A stretch of 35,035 bases of DNA from Nemertoderma westbladi (taxonomy: Eukaryota > Animalia > Xenacoelomorpha): the NCBI GenBank assembly GCA_032718475.1, contig JAUCBJ010005531.1:1-35035 (forward strand). Reading direction: 5' to 3'. Position numbers and translations under genes: made by a program. The notes below the pieces were generated by a model that saw only the letters and a program-made list of their open reading frames with translations, was not told the DNA's origin and searched no databases. The stretch's first letter is position 1, and the number at the start of each line of letters is the position of its first letter. This document shows positions 1 through 12,500 of this stretch, piece after piece.

Positions 1-1898
1 TAGCGTATGGGGGAAAAACTGGGTTGCGGGGCGAAGGGCCAGTTACATCCCACAGAAGCTTTTACACCAGTTGAATGACCTGAAATACGGTTTATATCAT
101 GGGATGTTAAAGCTTCTGTGACTAAAATGCAAATTTTATAGGGATAAGGTCTACTCCAAACAAATAGAACTGAGTAAGTGTCTTCCCAAATTCCCACACA
201 CCCCAATGTGTTAACTACCAATAGAAACTATTTTCTTTGTCCCAATACAGTTGGCCCTGGCTAAAAATGTAAACAAGGACGCATGTGAGTTTTTCATTGG
301 ATGATGACATGATTGCGTATACTTCTAGGAATTAGCTAAGCTGGAAGTTCAGTGTTCTGCTTTGCTGATAGCAGAAGGGCGTATTTTGCCGTTAACATCA
401 TGGCTTAGAAATGTGAAAGAATTATAGTTAATTACCAAAGCACTGGAGTACACTCACAGTACTGAAATACCGCATGGCTGTATACACTGTAAATAACTAA
501 ACACTGATTATTGTTGTTTGTATATGATACTTGATAGTTCAATTTATGTAAAATATTGTTGATGATATATGGAGATGCCGCTTAATCAATAACTCTCGAA
601 ACTTAACATATTGTTATTTATATCAAAGGAGGTAAGCTGTGGTGGGTAAATTAGTGACTCTGGTTCACCATCAATTGGTGTGCATGAGTATACATAGTAT
701 TTAATAGCCCCAATGTGCATGTGCCTGCCAAACTCCTTATGAACAAAATTGCCTCAAGTCAGCAAATCAGGTCCCAGAGTGTATTTCAGTCGGGTCCCTT
801 ATACCACGCCCCTAAAGGGTGTGCAGGCTATGATTCTTGTTAACAATTACTGTAATTACTGTAAGACATACAGACCTGTTTGTTATCTAGAACGCAACAT
901 CTGAATAATAATCAAGATAATAAAGAATAATCAATCATAATAAAGAACTGTTAATAATATCCCGTACATGAAAATAGTTGATAAGAATTATAAAGCGAGA
1001 ATCAATCGAATGATACATAACCAGCCTAATTCTAGTAAGCCAATATATTTCAGGCTCCCTCACGGGTCATACGCCGTGCTAGTCGATTTATATCTGATGT
1101 CAACAATTTTGGCAAAATTGAGCAAGATTTCTGTGATAATAAAAATTGATGGTGAAAATTATCGAAGTCTTAAAAGCGCGAACATGGGATCTAGGGTGGT
1201 AGTAGACTTGGTGTGAGTTGTTCGGACATGGGGGGTGTAGGTAGATACCAAGCGATAGTTTATAGACCACGAGGGATTACTGTTCAAATGAGTTTTAATA
1301 GCGCTGGATCTAAGTGAAAACTGAGCTGGTTTCATCTTTAACTTCACATATATTGTTAATGATAGTATAGTACTTAGAACGTTACAGAGATAAAACCAGC
1401 TAATGCACCGAAGTCTGGTCTCGTGCAAAGCAATGGCACTGCACAGAATGAATAGTAAATGTCGGTTTTTGTACCGTAATAACTATGCATTTGCTACGTA
1501 CACCATAGCGATAATGATGAACAACTGAAACTACAATATAAATCTGTATGTAATACTATATTTCTGCCACTTGCAAAGCGAGAGCTAACCTGTGATTGCC
1601 TTACTGTAGTTAAATAAGTATTACTTTTAAAACTCAAATGTTGTGTAAATTCCTGCCTGTCACCTGTCATCAATCCCCTGTGCGCCATTTGGTTGGGATG
1701 GCGCAGATTAAGAGGGGGATTGAAGGGGAGAAACTTCCCCCCTTCTTTTATTTATGGTTAAATTTAATAAACACCAATTTTGTGATAGAATTGTTCAATT
1801 TTAATTTGATTGTGAACAATTGACACATTGAACAATTGTGAACAAAAGACACACAATTGTGCTCTCTCTAAGTTACGACACGAGTAGGCCTACAACAC

Positions 1899-3002
1899 GG
1901 ATGTAGGACAATTCGGTCCCGGACAATTCGGTCCGGACAATTCGGTCACGGACAATTCGGTCCCGGACAATTCGGTCCCGAAACACTAAATAAATGGGAC
2001 CGAATTGTCCGGGACCGAATTGTCCTAGGACCGAATTGTCCTAGGACCGAATTGTCCGGGACCGAATTGTCCGGGACCGAATTGTCCGGGACCGAATTGT
2101 CCGGGACCGAATTGTCCGGGACCGAATTGTCCGGGACCGAATTGTCCGGGACCGAATTGTCCGGGACCAAATTGTCCGGTTCCGAATAGCAACTTTTTAG
2201 TGCTTTTTTGATATTGATGAATGTTCTAGAACTTTAGTAGATATATTTGTTATGCTAGCTAGTTTTATTTACTTGCTAGAATTTTTTGAAATTTAAAAAT
2301 ACTGTATTTTTTTTTATTTTTGTTATTGGTAGTGTTCGAGAACATTATTATATATTATTTATTAAGGTGTAGCTAGTGTTTTTTTTTACTAGCTAACATT
2401 TCCTTGAAATTATAAAAAAACTTGTGAAAACATTGATATTTCAGAATTAGGCCTAAACTGTTGCTGATTATATTAATTACCCACAATATTGATGATATTA
2501 TATCAGTCCCTGAATGAGATCCAGCTATTATCTAGGATAATAATTTAGGCTTGTTAACCAACCAACAACACATACAGTATATACATACGCAATATATAAA
2601 AAAAATCAGTATTAAAAATAAACATTTAAAATACATACTATTACTAGCTAGTAAATAATCACAAGCTCCATAAAAACACCATAGCTACCATAAATAATAA
2701 TGTTAACAAAAAAAATAAATTAAAAAAAAAAAAAAAAATACTAGCTACCATATAATAATATATATTAAGGTTCTAGAACATTCACCATTATATAATACCA
2801 ATTAAATTTGGTCCCGGACAATTCGGTCCCGGACAATTCGGTCCCGGACAATTCGGTCCCATTAATATGCATGTTTTGGGACCGAATTGTCCTAGTCAGT
2901 ATCCGGACAATTCGGTCCCGGACAATTCGGTCCCAAAACAAAAAATTAATGGGACCGAATTGTCCTGGACCGAATTGTCCGGGACCGAATTGTCCTGCTT
3001 CC
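1899..3002. mobile_element. Non-autonomous Mutator-like (MULE)/foldback DNA element with tandem 15-bp subterminal repeats
   Basis: Ends are GGATGTAGGACAATTCGGTCCC (1899) and the inverted copy ...GGGACCGAATTGTCCTGCTTCC (3002), with 2 mismatches. A perfect 9-bp direct repeat CTACAACAC flanks it (1890-1898 and 3003-3011), and 9-bp TSDs are typical of Mutator. Arrays of GGACAATTCGGTCCC occur in both orientations at 1906-2180 and 2805-2996. The AT-rich middle is also partly inverted (TGAATGTTCTAGAAC near 2218 vs GTTCTAGAACATTCA at 2770). No transposase. Confidence 0.85.
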
Positions 3003-3375
3003 CTACAACACTCCTCTTGTTTACCAAACTCCATAAAGGGATACATGAATAATCGAATGTAACATTATGTTTCTTACTGACTTAGTTACAATAATTATAG
3101 TAAGGCAGTTGCATCACCAATATTATTTTTCTCTATTGAGTGTTCCCAGTTATTATTTATTGCAAAATTATCTAATCATCACTATATTGTGAGGAACCGA
3201 GAGTTTACTTACTCTCTAAGAATTACTCGCTGACTGGCTGAGTGATCTTCGACTGATCATAAATCATTATGAAATAGTCACAATGAAATTAATGACACGA
3301 ACTAAATAATTATTTTTCATTGGATGATTTTGAAAATGTTTCATTGAATTGTTTTATTTTCCCATTTTGTTACAG

Positions 3376-3504
3376 TTTGTGTCGAAGAAGATGATCAATT
3401 TCCAGATTGTGCCGGATGGTCTACGATGGGTGAATGTACAGCGAATCCTGGCTTTATGTACAACAATTGCCAAACAAGTTGCGACAGATGTGGTGATGGA
3501 ACGG
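3376..3504 (+). CDS. ShKT exon, domain 1
   Basis: ttacag|TT...ACGG|gtaagt, 129 nt, phase 1-1; encodes CVEEDDQFPDCAGWSTMGECTANPGFMYNNCQTSCDRCGDGT. Confidence 0.92.
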
Positions 3505-6500
3505 GTAAGTTATTCCATAAAATGTGTTTTCCGCTGGAATATGTATGTAGATATTCTGTAGATATTAGATGCTGTTCTAATTCCGCAGAATTCTATTATA
3601 TTCTGCGATACTAAATTCTGTACTTGTTATTCTTATATACAATAATATATATATTATATACATAAACAATAAATATACCCAAATGCACTCCAAACAAACA
3701 TGCTGTGAGTTTAAACCATCTCATATAAAATGAATAAATTATATATTAACTATTTTAAATCATATTATTATTATCATTATAGTATGCACTGAACTACCAG
3801 ACGACAATTCGAACTGCGCAGGTTGGGCTGCTATTGGGGAATGCGCAGCCAACGCTGGTTACATGCACGTTCACTGTCAGACCAGTTGTGATTACTGTCA
3901 GGATGGTGGAGGTAAGTACAATATTGTTACATCAACAGAAGTAGCCGCCTGACTCTCCTTTAATTCACCTCAGAGGCTTATATTGATGAAAGGATATGTC
4001 AGTTTAAGTAAAATTACCGTAATCGCGACAAATTACACACAAACCCTTTTTTTACATTTTTTTCTTACATTTTTTTCTTACATTTTTTAAATAAACAATA
4101 AGATGGATAATTTGCATAATAAAATGACATGGTTCTAGTTAGTAAGTAATGTGAACAATAGATTATTTCAACTCAATAATTAGCATCATGTATATCTGTA
4201 ATCAATATTCAATGACGTCACTAATCAATACACAGTCATATGGAAATAGAAAATTCCAAACTAACAAAATCACCTCCAAAAATATATCATTAAATAATGA
4301 GTATCAGCCCCCCCCCCCCCTCCAAAAAAAAAGAATATATAGGCCCTATCAATAAAATAAAGTAGGCCTATAACCTTATAATATGCTTGGCTTAATAATA
4401 TCTACCACTATTTCAGCTGTTGTAGATCTATTTTCCTTGCTGATTATTCGAGTCTTCATGATATAGTTCCCAATTTCCTTAAAGCATATTATATTCTGTA
4501 CATCACCGATGCTCTACTGGAATGTTTTGGGCGGCCTGATAAAATTATTGGCTGAGCTTTTAGTCTTGATGTCCCATTTGTTTTCTTCTGTGAGGACATA
4601 CCTCAATCTCCCATATTATTATGAGAAAACGGTGTTGTAGTTCATCTTGGAGGATAAGAAACGCCATTTAACCTTTACTATCTCGATTGTCAAATATGTT
4701 ATTGGTTGAAACTTTATCGGATAAAATGTCATCATATTGATTGTTACAATGATGTTTTCCTAGGAAGTTCCCACCCAGCTTGATTAACTTGTTAAAATTT
4801 CATATGATCTATGAGAGTTCATTTTGGACTGGTGTCTCTTCAGTTTCTGATGCAGGTACTGTATTCTTTTCTGCCTGTACTACTGCTGTCCCACTGGCTT
4901 TGTTTTCTTTTTCATTTTTTAGCTTCGTTTTGGTTCTCGAATTTTTCCCTTTTTCAGTTGGCTTGAGATATGGTTGTTTACATTCATTAGTCGTTCTGTC
5001 ATTTTTGTTTGGTGAATGCATTCCAAATTCTTCGACTATAGGTCTATACGACATCTGAATCTCAAATCTTGAATTTTAGCTTCAAAAATTATTTATAATT
5101 CTTTGAAATTGATTTGCTTCCATAAACAAAGTCAACATCTTATGCCAATTCAGCAATATTACGTCTATTTGTTAATGTAATATATCACTCGTCATGTCTT
5201 TGAAAAGCAGTTTCTAAAACGAGTAATTTCTAAAACGTATAAAAAGGCCGTTAGCGATTTTTAAAATGTATCACATCCACATGGATTCTGTTGCTTATGA
5301 TATATAAAGTCATCTGATGTTTTCACAGTGTCCATCCGGCTCATGTGATATGTTTGTTTTACCTGATCTTGTATTTGATATTGTTCTATTCCAGATTCAG
5401 AAGAATATCTTCTTCAATGTACATAATTTGCCTCATCTGTAGGTTAAATATCATATCAAGAGGATTGACGGATTGAACTTATTGTTAATCAAACACAAAC
5501 TGGAAGTGAATTATCTGAAAATCCCCACACACTCTTTTAACCAGCTTTTTTGTCAGCTTTCACTGATGTTTTCATGATGAACCCAGATTGCTGGAGAATT
5601 CAGAGCTGTATATATGACCATACATGCTGTGTAGATTTGTTTGGCCAGGAAATTGTCGCATTCTGTGAGGTGATGTCCATTTAACCCTCTCTACAGGGGT
5701 AGTTGTCAAGGACATCGCAGATTGAGTTGATGATTATGTTTATACTAACAGAAAGATAGAATTGTGTGTCATCATTCAGAGGATCCAGAATGTGCACTTC
5801 TGTTTTGAGTGGATCAGCAATGTTGCCTATATTAAAAGTTTGTTTTCTATTAATAAATAAAGGCTGGACTTAAGTTATTGCTTACAGTTTAATTGATATA
5901 TTAACCATTTCTTCCAGTCAAACAACGGCACTTACAGACACGCTGAATGTGATGGTACACTACCAGTAGTACAACAATGTGACACTTGATACTTTTACCA
6001 ACACAGTAGAAATTCAAATTCAAAACAAACAGTAAAACTTATCGATCCGGTACAATAGGCCTACATGTTACTTCCGGCTAGCGGAACTATATTAAATTAT
6101 CGAGAAGCAATATGGATGATGAAATCCCTGCCCATTAATACAGGTACCTATATTTTGTAGAAAATTATTACAATAAAAAGTATATTACAATAAAAACAAT
6201 ATAACACATCAAATTTAAACTGGTTTCGAATGGCCTAATCGCATAGAAGTAACAATGTGGTATATTCTTGTATGTGGTACATGCCCACAGTATATCCAAG
6301 TCACATCACTCCCACTGTAATGCGATCGTTTTCGATAGCGCAAATTTTTGCAAATTCAAAAATATTATAACTTTATTTCTAGTGAAAACTGAATTATTAA
6401 GAAAAAATAAAAAATATTTTTTTTCTATATATTTGGAAAATATACCGGATGTAGTAGAAAGTGCTACAATCTCTTACTGCAAATACTATCTCTGCAAATA

Positions 6501-9500
6501 AAACATCACAGATATGGATGTCCACAAATTTATGAAAGCTCTAGCACAAATTCAACTTTGTAATGCCGGATATTTTGCTTTTCCTGGCGTTACTTACAGG
6601 ATGGTCCCAGTAACAACCACTACTGTAACGCTACTAGACTGAATATGAATCAAAGCAAAATATGACGTTTCTGTTTATTTTTTGAAATATGACTTTCAAT
6701 TTTTCTCAATAAATAGGGATACATGGCCATTTGATGACAATGGCAGCAAAATGGTAGGCCTACAGTACATAAGTATATACAACAGTAGTAGGCCTACAGT
6801 ACATAAGTATATACAACAGTAGTAGGCCTACAGTACATAAGTATATACAACATTAGTAGGCCTACATTACATAAGTATATACAACAGTAGTAGGCCTACA
6901 GTACATAAGTATATACAACAGTAGTAGGCCTACAGTACATAAGTATATACAACATTAGTAGGCCTACATTACATAAGTATATACAACATTAGTAGGCCTA
7001 CAGTACATAAGTATAACAACAGTAGTAGGCCTACATTACATAAGTATATACAACATTAGTAGGCCTACAGTACATAAGTATATACAACAGTAGTAGGCCT
7101 ACAGTACATAAGTATATACAACATTAGTAGGCCTACAGTACATAAGTATATACAACAGTAGTAGGCCTACAGTACATAAGTATATACAAACATTAGTAGG
7201 CCTACAGTACATAAGTATATACAACAGTAGTAGGCCTACAGTACATAAGTATATACAACATTAGTAGGCCTACAGTACATAAGTATATACAACAGTAGTA
7301 GGCCTACATTACATAAGTATATACAACATTAGTAGGCCTACATTACATAAGTATATACAACAGTAGTAGGCCTACAGTACATAAGTATATACAACATTAG
7401 TAGGCCTACAGTACATAAGTATATACAACATTAGTAGGCCTACATTACATAAGTATATACAACATTAGTAGGCCTACAGTACATAAGTATATACAACATT
7501 AGTAGGCCTACAGTACATAAGTATATACAACAGTAGTAGGCCTACAGTACATAAGTATATACAACAGTAGTAGGTCTACAGTACATAAGTATATACAACA
7601 GTAGTAGGCCTACAGTACATAAGTATATACAACATTAGTAGGTCTACAGTACATAAGTATATACAACAGTAGTAGGCCTACAGTACATAAGTATATACAA
7701 CAGTAGTAGGCCTACAGTACATAAGTATATACAACAGTAGTAGGCCTACAGTACATAAGTATATACAACAGTAGTAGGCCTACAGTACATAAGTATATAC
7801 AACAGTAGTAGGCCTACAGTACATAAGTATATACAACAGTAGTAGGCCTACAGTACATAAGTATATACAACATTAGTAGGTCTACAGTACATAAGTATAT
7901 ACAACAGTAGTAGGCCTACAGTACATAAGTATATACAACATTAGTAGGTCTACAGTACATAAGTATATACAACAGTAGTAGGCCTACAGTACATAAGTAT
8001 ATACAACAGTAGTAGGCCTACAGTACATAAGTATATACAACAGTAGTAGGCCTACAGTACATAAGTATATACAACAGTAGTAGGCCTACAGTACATAAGT
8101 ATATACAACAGTAGTAGGCCTACAGTACATAAGTATATACAACAGTAGTAGGCCTACAGTACATAAGTATATACAACAGTAGTAGGCCTACAGTACATAA
8201 GTATATACAACAGTAGTAGGCCTACAGTACATAAGTATATACAACAGTAGTAGGCCTACAGTACATAAGTATATACAACAGTAGTAGGCCTACAGTACAT
8301 AAGTATATACAACAGTAGTAGGCCTACAGTACAGTACATAAGTATATACAACATTAGTAGGCCTACAGTACATAAGTATATACAACATTAGTAGGTCTAC
8401 AGTACATAAGTATATACAACATTAGTAGGCCTACAGTACATAAGTATATACAACAGTAGTAGGCCTACAGTACATAAGTATATACAACAGTAGTAGGCCT
8501 ACAGTACATAAGTATATACAACATTAGTAGGCGGACAGTACATAAGTATATACAACAGTAGTAGGCCTACAGTACATAAGTATATACAACAGTAGTAGGC
8601 CTACAGTACAGTACATAAGTATATACAACATTAGTAGGCCTACAGTACATAAGTATATACAACATTAGTAGGTCTACAGTACATAAGTATATACAACATT
8701 AGTAGGCCTACAGTACATAAGTATATACAACATTAGTAGGCCTACAGTACATAAGTATATACAACATTAGTAGGCCTACAGTACATAAGTATATACAACA
8801 TTAGTAGGCCTACAGTACATAAGTATATACAACAGTAGTAGGCCTACAGTACAGTACATAAGTATATACAACATTAGTAGGCCTACAGTACATAAGTATA
8901 TACAACATTAGTAGGCCTACAGTACATAAGTATATACAACATTAGTAGGCCTACAGTACATAAGTATATACAACAGTAGTAGGCCTACAGTACAGTACAT
9001 AAGTATATACAACATTAGTAGGCCTACAGTACATAAGTATATACAACAGTAGTAGGCCTACAGTACAGTACATAAGTATATACAACAGTAGTAGGCCTAC
9101 AGTACATAAGTATATACAACAGTAGTAGGCCTACAGTACATAAGTATATACAACATTAGTAGGCCTACAGTACATAAGTATATACAACATTAGTAGGCCT
9201 ACAGTACATAAGTATATACAACATTAGTAGGCCTACAGTACATAAGTATATACAACATTAGTAGGCCTACAGTACATAAGTATATACAACATTAGTAGGC
9301 CTACAGTACATAAGTATATACAACATTAGTAGGTCTACAGTACATAAGTATATACAACAGTAGTAGGCCTACAGTACATAAGTATATACAACATTAGTAG
9401 GCCTACAGTACATAAGTATATACAACAGTAGTAGGCCTACAGTACATAAGTATATACAACATTAGTAGGCCTACAGTACATAAGTATATACAAACATTAG

Positions 9501-12500
9501 TAGGCCTACAGTACATAAGTATATACAACAGTAGTAGGCCTACAGTACATAAGTATATACAACAGTAGTAGGCCTACAGTACATAAGTATATACAACAGT
9601 AGTAGGCGGACAGTACATAAGTATATACAACAGTAGTAGGCCTACAGTACATAAGTATATACAACAGTAGTAGGCCTACAGTACATAAGTATATACAACA
9701 GTAGTAGGCCTACAGTACATAAGTATATACAACAGTAGTAGGCGGACAGTACATAAGTATATACAACAGTAGTAGGCGGACAGTACATAAGTATATACAA
9801 CAGTAGTAGGCGGACAGTACATAAGTATATACAACATTAGTAGGCCTACAGTACATAAGTATATACAACATTAGTAGGCCTACAGTACATAAGTATATAC
9901 AACATTAGTAGGCCTACAGTACATAAGTATATACAACAGTAGTAGGCGGACAGTACATAAGTATATACAACAGTAGTAGGCCTACAGTACATAAGTATAT
10001 ACAACAGTAGTAGGCCTACAGTACATAAGTATATACAACAGTAGTAGGCCTACAGTACATAAGTATATACAACAGTAGTAGGCCTACAGTACATAAGTAT
10101 ATACAACATTAGTAGGCCTACAGTACATAAGTATATACAACAGTAGTAGGCCTACAGTACATAAGTATATACAACATTAGTAGGCCTACAGTACATAAGT
10201 ATATACAACAGTAGTAGGCCTACAGTACATAAGTATATACAACATTAGTAGGTCTACAGTACATAAGTATATACAACATTAGTAGGCCTACAGTACATAA
10301 GTATATACAACATTAGTAGGCCTACAGTACATAAATATATACAACATTAGTAGGCCTGCAGTACATAAGTATATACAACATTAGTAGGCCTACAGTACAT
10401 AAGTATATACAACATTAGTAGGCCTACAGTACATAAGTATATACAACAGTAGTAGGCCTACAGTACATAAGTATATACAACAGTAGTAGGCGGACAGTAC
10501 ATAAGTATATACAACAGTAGTAGGCCTACAGTACATAAGTATATACAACAGTAGTAGGCCTACAGTACATAAGTATATACAACAGTAGTAGGCCTACAGT
10601 ACATAAGAATATACAACAGTAGTAGGCCTACAGTACATAAGTATATACAACAGTAGTAGGCGGACAGTACATAAGTATATTCAACAGTAGTAGGCCTACA
10701 GTACATAAGTATATACAACATTAGTAGGCCTACAGTACATAAGTATATACAACATTAGTAGGCCTACAGTACATAAGTATATACAACATTAGTAGGCCTA
10801 CAGTACATAAGTATATACAACAGTAGTAGGCCTACAGTACATAAGTATATACAACATTAGTAGGCCTACAGTACATAAGTATATACAACAGTAGTAGGCC
10901 TACAGTACATAAGTATATACAACATTAGTAGGCCTACAGTACATAAGTATAAACAACATTAGTAGGCCTGCAGTACATAAGTATATACAACATTAGTAGG
11001 CCTACAGTACATAAGTATATACAACATTAGTAGGCCTACAGTACATAAGTATATACAACAGTAGTAGGCCTACAGTACATAAGTATATACAACATTAGTA
11101 GGCCTACAGTACATAAGTATATACAACATTAGTAGGCGGACAGTACATAAGTATATACAACAGTAGTAGGCCTACAGTACATAAGTATATACAACAGTAG
11201 TAGGCCTACAGTACATAAGTATATACAACATTAGTAGGCCTACAGTACATAAGTATATACAACATTAGTAGGCCTACAGTACATAAGTATATACAACAGT
11301 AGTAGGCCTACAGTACATAAGTATATACAACAGTAGTAGGCCTACAGTACATAAGTATATACAACATTAGTAGGCCTACAGTACATAAGTATATACAACA
11401 TTAGTAGGCCTACAGTACATAAGTATATACAACAGTAGTAGGCCTACAGTACATAAGTATATACAACATTAGTAGGCCTACAGTACATAAGTATATACAA
11501 CAGTAGTAGGCCTACAGTACATAAGTATATACAACATTAGTAGGCCTACAGTACATAAGTATATACAACAGTAGTAGGCCTACAGTACATAAGTATATAC
11601 AACAGTAGTAGGCCTACAGTACATAAGTATATACAACAGTAGTAGGCCTACAGTACATAAGTATATACAACAGTAGTAGGCCTACAGTACATAAGTATAT
11701 ACAACAGTAGTAGGCCTACAGTACATAAGTATATACAACAGTAGTAGGCCTACAGTACATAAGTATATACAACAGTAGTAGGCCTACAGTACAGTACATA
11801 AGTATATACAACAGTAGTAGGCCTACAGTACAGTACATAAGTATATACAACATTAGTAGGCCTACAGTACATAAGTATATACAACAGTAGTAGGCCTACA
11901 GTACATAAGTATATACAACAGTAGTAGGTCTACAGTACATAAGTATATACAACAGTAGTAGGCCTACAGTACATAAGTATATACAAACATTAGTAGGCCT
12001 ACAGTACATAAGTATATACAACATTAGTAGGCCTACAGTACATAAGTATATACAACAGTAGTAGGCCTACAGTACATAAGTATATACAACATTAGTAGGC
12101 CTACAGTACATAAGTATATACAACAGTAGTAGGCCTACAGTACATAAGTATATACAACAGTAGTAGGCCTACAGTACATAAGTATATACAAACATTAGTA
12201 GGCCTACAGTACATAAGTATATACAACAGTAGTAGGCCTACAGTACATAAGTATATACAACAGTAGTAGGTCTACAGTACATAAGTATATACAACAGTAG
12301 TAGGCCTACAGTACATAAGTATATACAAACATTAGTAGGCCTACAGTACATAAGTATATACAACATTAGTAGGCCTACAGTACATAAGTATATACAACAG
12401 TAGTAGGCCTACAGTACATAAGTATATACAACATTAGTAGGCCTACAGTACATAAGTATATACAACAGTAGTAGGCCTACAGTACATAAGTATATACAAC

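Noticed and set aside
1946-3062. ORFs with VPDNS/GPNCP/GTELS repeats
   Set aside because: They are translations of the 15-bp transposon repeat.
4400-6100. Possible decayed transposase on the minus strand (Lys-rich ORF 4809-5054)
   Set aside because: It is too degenerate: I could confirm no catalytic motif, TIR or TSD.
6600-6640. Possible extra linker exon (DGPSNNHYC)
   Set aside because: It is in the wrong phase for the ShKT gene and has a weak donor.
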